A stretch of 11,054 nt of DNA from Chlamydiia bacterium. Its GTDB lineage: Bacteria; Chlamydiota; Chlamydiia; Chlamydiales; Parachlamydiaceae. Below, one piece after another: positions 4,965-11,054 of this stretch. The position numbers were made by a program, and so were the translations under genes. The notes under the pieces were generated by a model that had not been told where the DNA came from, made no database searches, and saw only the letters and a list, made by a program, of their open reading frames with translations. Position 1 is the first letter of the stretch; each line of letters begins with the position of its first letter. The stretch spans positions 1 to 11,054 of the forward strand of contig JBBSJT010000078.1 in assembly GCA_038257035.1 (NCBI GenBank), read 5' to 3'.

Positions 4965-7595
4965 ATGATTAAAACAGAAGACATTCGTAACCAATTTCTT
5001 GCATATTTCAAAAAACAAGCGCATAACATTGTACCCTCATCTGCCGTCTGTCCACATGATGATCCCACAATTTTATTTACAAATGCCGGAATGAACCAAT
5101 TTAAAGATGTATTTTTAGGGGAAAGTTCCCGCGACTATAAACGCGCAACAACAAGCCAAAAATGCATTCGCGTTGGCGGAAAACATAATGATTTAGAAAA
5201 CGTCGGACACACAAGCCGTCACTTAACCTTTTTTGAAATGTTAGGCAATTTCTCGTTTGGAGATTATTTCAAAGCCGATGCCATAAAATTTGCCTGGGAA
5301 GTTTCAACAAAAATTTTTGGTTTTGATCCCGAGCGCATTTGGCCAACAGTTTATAAAGATGATGATGAAGCTTTTAAACTTTGGACAGCTTATGTTCCGG
5401 AAAGTCGTATCACAAGATTTGGGGAAAAAGAAAATTTTTGGGCAATGGGTGATACCGGCCCATGCGGCCCTTGTTCTGAACTTCTTTATGATCGTGGCGA
5501 TAAATATGGAACTGCAAAAAATCCATCCGAAGATCCATCAGGCGAGCGCTTTTTAGAATTTTGGAATTTAGTATTTATGCAGTACAACAAAAATGCTGCA
5601 GGCGTTATGGAACCCCTTCCAAAACCCTCTATCGACACTGGTGCCGGCTTAGAGCGCGTTATGGCTTTAAAAATGGGAGTCGACAATGTTTTTGAAACAG
5701 ATGTTTTACGTGGACTGATTTCAAAAATCGAAGAAATTTCTAATGTTAAATATGATCCAAAAGATTTAATTAAAGCTCCTGCCTTCAATGTTATTGCAGA
5801 TCACTTGCGCTGTCTTTGTTTTTCTATTGCAGATGGTGTGCAACCAAGTAACGTGGACCGCGGATACGTATTAAGAAAAGTCTTAAGACGTGCTGTTCGT
5901 TATGGTCGCACAATTGGTATGGATGAGCCGTTTCTTGGAAAACTTTTACCAACACTTATCAAACTTATGGGGTCAAGTTACCCTGAGCTTTCAAAATCAT
6001 CACACCTCATAGAAGAAATTCTACTTGCCGAAGAAGAAGCGTTTATTAGAACTTTAAGAAAAGGCGGTAATCTTTTAAATCAAATCATTGAATCTGCTGT
6101 GAAGCATCAAAACCTCATTTCCGGAGACGAAGCTTTTAAATTAAAGGATACTTACGGGTTTCCTCTTGAAGAAATTTTACTGATTGCCAAAGACTCAAAC
6201 CTTGAAATTGATTTAGACAGATTTTTGCAGCTTGAAAAAGAAGCCAAAGAGCGTTCACGCGCTAGCCAAAAAAATGTATCTCAAATAGCTACTCAAAACT
6301 TATTTGTAAATTTTATTGAAGAACATGGACCGACAGAATTTACAGGATTTAATCAAACTGAAACTTTTGGAAAGGTACTAGCAATTGTTGTAGACTCACA
6401 ATTTGTTGATGTTTTGGAAGCTGATGTTGAAGGCATCATTGTTTTAGACAAAACTTGCTTTTATGCAGAAATGGGCGGACAGATAGGAGATGTTGGAACT
6501 TTAAAATCGGACACTGCATTTTTTACTGTTAGTGATTGCAAGTCCCCTTATAAAGGCATCATTGCCCATTCAGGAAAACTTGAAAACGGACAAATTCGTC
6601 TAAATCAGGAGCTTCTTGCATCAATTGATACGCATCGCCGTCAAAAAATTGAAAATAATCATACTGCAACACATATTTTGCACTGGGCGCTTTACCGCAT
6701 TTTGGGGGGTCACGTCAAACAAGCGGGTTCTGTTGTCGATGAAACAAGGCTTCGTTTTGATTTTAACCATCATAAAGCCTTGAGTCCAAAAGAAATTGAA
6801 GAGATCGAAGATTGCGTAAATGCTAAAATACGAGAAAACAAGCCGGTAAATTGGTATGAGCTCTCTTTTGATGAAGCGCAAAAACAAGAAGAAATCAAAC
6901 AATTTTTTGGCGAAAAATATGGCTCAACAGTACGTGTGGTTGACCTTGAATTTTCAAAAGAGCTTTGCGGTGGCACACATACGAGAGCCACAGGCAATAT
7001 TGGTTATTTTAGAATCGCAAAAGAAAGCAGCATTGCAGCAGGGATCAGAAGAATAGAAGCAGTAACAGGTGTAGAGGCTGAAAACATTGCAAGAGAAGAT
7101 GACCATCTTAAAAATACTTTAGCATCTAATTTAAAAACAACTCCTGTAAAATTAATGGAGCGTATCGAAAAATTATTAGATGAAAATAAGCAGCTAGCCC
7201 TAGAATTGAAAAATATTAAAAAGGAACAAATAAAAGCAATTGTTCATTCTCTTGTAAATCAAACTGAAAAAGATGTGAATATCCCCTTTATTTCAAAAAC
7301 TTTAGATGTGAGTCCGGAAGATCTTCGACAAATCGGTGATGAAGTGATGAGCCAATTCAAATCCGGAATTTTAGTTTTAAGCGTTGCAAATCCTGATAAA
7401 TGCACCATGATGATCCGTATTAGCGATGATTTGGTAAAAACAGGAAAAAATGCTCAGGAATTAGTTAAAGCTGTTTCCTCCTTGCTTGATGGAAGCGGTG
7501 GTGGAAGACCAAACCAAGCGCAAATTTCAGGACGTGCAACGAAAAATTTAAATGAAGCAAATCAACTCATTAAATCACTAATTAATGATGACTGA
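4965..7595 (+). CDS. alaS: Alanine--tRNA ligase (876 aa from ATG 4965)
   Basis: Motifs [45 protein letters not shown], editing-domain HTATH and ELCGGTH, and C-terminal GGG. AAGGA precedes ATG 4965; ATG 4932 lies inside the -10 box. Confidence 0.98.
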   Translation: MIKTEDIRNQFLAYFKKQAHNIVPSSAVCPHDDPTILFTNAGMNQFKDVFLGESSRDYKRATTSQKCIRVGGKHNDLENVGHTSRHLTFFEMLGNFSFGDYFKADAIKFAWEVSTKIFGFDPERIWPTVYKDDDEAFKLWTAYVPESRITRFGEKENFWAMGDTGPCGPCSELLYDRGDKYGTAKNPSEDPSGERFLEFWNLVFMQYNKNAAGVMEPLPKPSIDTGAGLERVMALKMGVDNVFETDVLRGLISKIEEISNVKYDPKDLIKAPAFNVIADHLRCLCFSIADGVQPSNVDRGYVLRKVLRRAVRYGRTIGMDEPFLGKLLPTLIKLMGSSYPELSKSSHLIEEILLAEEEAFIRTLRKGGNLLNQIIESAVKHQNLISGDEAFKLKDTYGFPLEEILLIAKDSNLEIDLDRFLQLEKEAKERSRASQKNVSQIATQNLFVNFIEEHGPTEFTGFNQTETFGKVLAIVVDSQFVDVLEADVEGIIVLDKTCFYAEMGGQIGDVGTLKSDTAFFTVSDCKSPYKGIIAHSGKLENGQIRLNQELLASIDTHRRQKIENNHTATHILHWALYRILGGHVKQAGSVVDETRLRFDFNHHKALSPKEIEEIEDCVNAKIRENKPVNWYELSFDEAQKQEEIKQFFGEKYGSTVRVVDLEFSKELCGGTHTRATGNIGYFRIAKESSIAAGIRRIEAVTGVEAENIAREDDHLKNTLASNLKTTPVKLMERIEKLLDENKQLALELKNIKKEQIKAIVHSLVNQTEKDVNIPFISKTLDVSPEDLRQIGDEVMSQFKSGILVLSVANPDKCTMMIRISDDLVKTGKNAQELVKAVSSLLDGSGGGRPNQAQISGRATKNLNEANQLIKSLINDD

Positions 7596-10500
7596 TTATT
7601 TAAAAAGTGAAAAACTTCATGAATTGGCGAATGCTTTAACAAAAGGAGATTCGATTTTAGCAGAAGAGCTTTGGAACGCTCCAAAAGCTTTAATGACGAG
7701 TATTGCAGCCAATTCAACGAATAAGCACATTCTCATTTTAACTGGAGGCAGCAGCATTGAGGGACGCCTCTATGATGATTTGTCCTACTTTTCTAACCGA
7801 AAAATCATTGATTATCCAGCATGGGAAACTCTGCCCTCAGAAAGTATTGCTCCAAGCCCGGACACTGTTGGAGAGCGCTATTTTGCGCTCAATCAAATTT
7901 TGGCAACAGATGAGCCACTCATTGTAATCAGCAGTTTACAGGCATGCTTGCAGCGTGTGATTCCAAAAGAGAAATTTCAAAATCTCTACCTCACATTAAA
8001 AAAGGGTGATTCATTTACTTACGATAATCTAATTGAGCAGTTAAAAAAACTTGGATACCAGCGTCAAAATATTGCAAGTGACAAGGGCCAATTTGCCGTA
8101 AGAGGCGGAATAATTGATCTTTTTGCTGTTAACTCCCCTGATCCTTACAGAATCGAATTTTTTGGTGACGAGATTGAATCCTTGCGCATTTATGATCCTA
8201 TCGGTCAAAAATCTGTACGACTCATCGATGAGGCTCATATTACCCCGGCGCTTGAATTGGAAATGGTTTCTCAGGAAGAAAATTTAAACACCATTTTAGA
8301 TTATCTTGGTACAAATACCCTTCTGATTTTTGATGATCTTTTAGCTTTGGAAGATCGTTATGCTGATTTAACAAAACTTTTTGGAAAACCTACAAAGTCT
8401 TTTGCCGCAATTGATCAATTTTTAGATCAAGCAGATACTCTTCAAAAAATATTCTGGAGCCAAAGCCCAATCGAGGAATTAAGTGAAATAAAGACTGAAA
8501 ACAAAACCGGTTTCTATTCTGATCAAATTTCCCTGCATTCCATTTCTTTTGAAATGTTCAACCGGACATTAAATGCCTCTATCTGGAAAACTCCCTTCCT
8601 ACAAACGAATGCTATTTTCTTTCCCGATGCTGAAGAAGGCTATTTGCCAACAGGCGATGAAATATTTCAGGCATTAGGAAGATTTTCTCCTGAAACCTCA
8701 CTTAAAATTATATCTCCTAGTGTTTTAGAAGAAACAAACTTTAAAAAACGCCTCGATGATTCCCTTACACCTTTACCTAAGAAACATGACTTTGAAATTG
8801 GATACCTCTCTTCAGGGCTTGTGATCAGTGACCTCAATACCGTTCTTTTTCCTTTAACAGAAATCACTCATCGCTATAAAATTAGGCGCCAAAAGATGCG
8901 CAGCACCTACCACACGGAACCTATTATCAATTATGATCTAGCGCCCGGCGAAATGATTGTGCACTTAAATCATGGCATCGGTAAATTTTTAGGGATAGAA
9001 AAAAAACCGAATCATCTTGGCATCATGAGCGAATTTTTTTTCATCGAATATGGGGATTCAGCAAAACTATACGTTCCAATTAACCAAGCTTATCTTGTAA
9101 CCAAATACATTGGCTCATCAGAAGAAATACCAACGTTGCATAAACTTGGCGGGACGCGCTGGAAAAAAGCCAAAGAGCAAACCCAAAAAGCAATAATGGG
9201 CTATGCAAGGGATTTACTTGAACTTGCCGCTAAACGAGAAATTAAAGGCGGGTTTATTTATCCTGAAGATAGCGAAGAGGTAAAAGCTTTTGAAGAGGCT
9301 TTTCCTTATGTGGAAACAGAGGATCAATTAGCTGCCATTGCCGATTTAAAAAAAGATATGACAAGCAAAAAAGCAATGGATCGTCTTGTTTGCGGAGATG
9401 TTGGCTACGGAAAAACAGAAGTTGCCATCAGAGCTGCCTTTAAAGCTGTTGTCGATGGCCAAAAACAGGTTGCTGTTTTGGTTCCAACAACAATTCTTGC
9501 CATGCAGCATTACGAAAATTTCGTCGACCGTATGTCTGATTTTCCAATTAATATTTCTGTAGTTTCAAGATTTAGAAGCTCAAAACAAATTAAAGAAGCC
9601 ATTGAAGGGACTGCTAAGGGTACAATTGACATATTAATCGGCACTCACAGACTTACCAGTGAAGATATCCAATTCAAAAATTTAGGGCTTATCATCATCG
9701 ATGAAGAGCAGCGTTTTGGTGTAAAAACTAAAGAACACTTAAAAAAAATGAAGGCCGATGTCGATTGTTTAACGCTCTCTGCAACCCCCATTCCAAGAAC
9801 GCTTTATATGTCTTTAATTGGTGCAAAAGAAATGTCTGTTGTCAGTACACCTCCACAAGACAGATTGCCCATCACAACTTTGATTACTGAATCGAGTGAT
9901 CAGATCATCAAGAATGCCATTTTGCGCGAACTTGCAAGAGATGGACAAGTTTTTATCATTCACAACCGTGTTGAAACAATTTTTGAAATGGCGCACCGCA
10001 TTCAAAAATTGGTGCCTCAAGCCAAAATTGTTGTTGGACACGGACAAATGCATGCCGATGAAATTGATACTGTTTTCCATGCCTTTAAAAGTGGTCAGGC
10101 AGATATTTTGATCGCAACAACCATCATTGAAAATGGAATCGACATTCCAAATGCCAATACCATTTTAATTGATCGTGCAGATCGCTTTGGAATGGCCGAA
10201 CTTTACCAGATGAGAGGAAGGGTTGGTCGCTGGAATAGACGTGCATACGCTTATTTTCTTGTGCCAAATCCAAAAACTTTGCCGGAAATTTCAAGAAAAC
10301 GTTTAAATTCTTTAGTTGAATCTTCAGGTTATGGCGGTGGCATGAAAATTGCCATGCGCGATCTTGAACTTCGCGGTGCGGGCGATATTCTTGGAATTGA
10401 ACAATCAGGTTATGTCTCATCAATTGGTTTTCATCTTTATTGCAAACTGTTGAAACGTACCATTTTAAGTCTGCAAAGGAAAATCCCGCAAAATATTGTG

Positions 10501-10866
10501 GAAACAAAAATGGAATTTTCATTGGATGCAAGGGTGCCGGAAGATTACATTGATGCCGCATCATTAAGGATGGAAATTTATCATCGTTTAGGAGAGGCGC
10601 TTGCCCTGGAGGATGTCGATCAGATCTTTGCCGAAATCAAAGATCGTTTTGGAAAACCACCGGAGCCTGTGCTTAATCTTTATCATTTAGCAAGAATTCG
10701 AATTTTAGCCTCTCTTAATGGGTACACATCGATTAAAATCGAACTTTTAAGTGTCACGGCAGAATACATGGAAGCTAAAATTCCCAAACAAAAAAAATGG
10801 CTCGTCGGACGCTTCAAAACCGCCAAAGAGTTGGAAGCGAAGCTTCTGCCGTTATTGAAACGATAA
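7585..10866 (+). CDS. mfd: Transcription-repair coupling factor
   Basis: UvrB-like [11 protein letters not shown]/CarD-like [10 protein letters not shown], Walker [36 protein letters not shown] motif RGAGDILG and a C-terminal TRCF domain. Overlaps the alaS stop (start 7585 or 7588). Confidence 0.98.
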   Translation: MMTDYLKSEKLHELANALTKGDSILAEELWNAPKALMTSIAANSTNKHILILTGGSSIEGRLYDDLSYFSNRKIIDYPAWETLPSESIAPSPDTVGERYFALNQILATDEPLIVISSLQACLQRVIPKEKFQNLYLTLKKGDSFTYDNLIEQLKKLGYQRQNIASDKGQFAVRGGIIDLFAVNSPDPYRIEFFGDEIESLRIYDPIGQKSVRLIDEAHITPALELEMVSQEENLNTILDYLGTNTLLIFDDLLALEDRYADLTKLFGKPTKSFAAIDQFLDQADTLQKIFWSQSPIEELSEIKTENKTGFYSDQISLHSISFEMFNRTLNASIWKTPFLQTNAIFFPDAEEGYLPTGDEIFQALGRFSPETSLKIISPSVLEETNFKKRLDDSLTPLPKKHDFEIGYLSSGLVISDLNTVLFPLTEITHRYKIRRQKMRSTYHTEPIINYDLAPGEMIVHLNHGIGKFLGIEKKPNHLGIMSEFFFIEYGDSAKLYVPINQAYLVTKYIGSSEEIPTLHKLGGTRWKKAKEQTQKAIMGYARDLLELAAKREIKGGFIYPEDSEEVKAFEEAFPYVETEDQLAAIADLKKDMTSKKAMDRLVCGDVGYGKTEVAIRAAFKAVVDGQKQVAVLVPTTILAMQHYENFVDRMSDFPINISVVSRFRSSKQIKEAIEGTAKGTIDILIGTHRLTSEDIQFKNLGLIIIDEEQRFGVKTKEHLKKMKADVDCLTLSATPIPRTLYMSLIGAKEMSVVSTPPQDRLPITTLITESSDQIIKNAILRELARDGQVFIIHNRVETIFEMAHRIQKLVPQAKIVVGHGQMHADEIDTVFHAFKSGQADILIATTIIENGIDIPNANTILIDRADRFGMAELYQMRGRVGRWNRRAYAYFLVPNPKTLPEISRKRLNSLVESSGYGGGMKIAMRDLELRGAGDILGIEQSGYVSSIGFHLYCKLLKRTILSLQRKIPQNIVETKMEFSLDARVPEDYIDAASLRMEIYHRLGEALALEDVDQIFAEIKDRFGKPPEPVLNLYHLARIRILASLNGYTSIKIELLSVTAEYMEAKIPKQKKWLVGRFKTAKELEAKLLPLLKR

Positions 10867-10993
10867 CGTTTTTTTTGACACTTAAGATCACGAGAGGAGC
10901 AATGAGAGAAATGAGTATGAATATTATACTCGTGTCGGCGCAATCGCACCAATAATCAATTTTTAAACATAACACAATCCATTAATCCTTTAT

Positions 10994-11054
10994 GATTTTT
11001 TACAGGATATGCAGGATCGCTACGCGACAAGGTCGCTTCGCGGCAGGATCAGGC
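10994..11054. repeat. Long palindromic REP/MITE-like repeat, copy 2 (left arm only, truncated by window end)
   Basis: GATTTTTTACAGGATATGCAGGATCGCTACGCGACAAGGTCGCTTCGCGGCAGGATCAGGC aligns to the reverse complement of 58-112 with a few substitutions and one 6-nt net insertion; the last 22 nt are identical. Confidence 0.85.

Noticed and set aside
10875..10903. Promoter from TTGACA at 10875-10880
   Set aside because: No acceptable -10 hexamer at 16-18 nt spacing.
679..10952. Short alternative-frame or antisense ORFs in the track (679-876, 1967-2164, 3121-3315, 3131-3328, 5290-5556, 5486-5788, 6621-6902, 6770-6997, 6856-7056, 8041-8238, 8667-8867, 9814-10080, 9896-10111, 10124-10564, 10683-10952)
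   Set aside because: All lie wholly or mostly within well-supported genes and have no recognisable motifs; they look like shadow ORFs.
1..11054. Circular element suggested by the 11-nt terminal overlap CAGGATCAGGC (1-11 = 11044-11054)
   Set aside because: The overlap is short and explained by the palindromic repeat. The content is chromosomal housekeeping genes with no rep, integrase or transposase.

Overview
AT-rich bacterial chromosomal segment. The protein styles and the tkt/alaS/mfd/hemE neighbourhood suggest phylum Chlamydiae, probably an environmental lineage (inference). The minus strand carries a tkt-hemE operon, a CsbD/YjbJ-TM-BON fusion gene and a ~96-aa orphan; the plus strand carries an overlapping alaS-mfd operon. 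Three clean sigma70/sigma66-type promoters are visible. The unusual content is mostly intergenic. Both window ends lie inside copies of one long palindromic repeat (~155-160 bp inferred) built from CAGGAT units plus chained GCGNAGC mini-hairpins whose structure is conserved between copies. There is also a 9-bp tandem array paired with an inverted arm, an 8-bp tandem array and an 80-bp hairpin, mostly downstream of gene 3' ends. No transposase, integrase, CRISPR or RNA gene was recognised.
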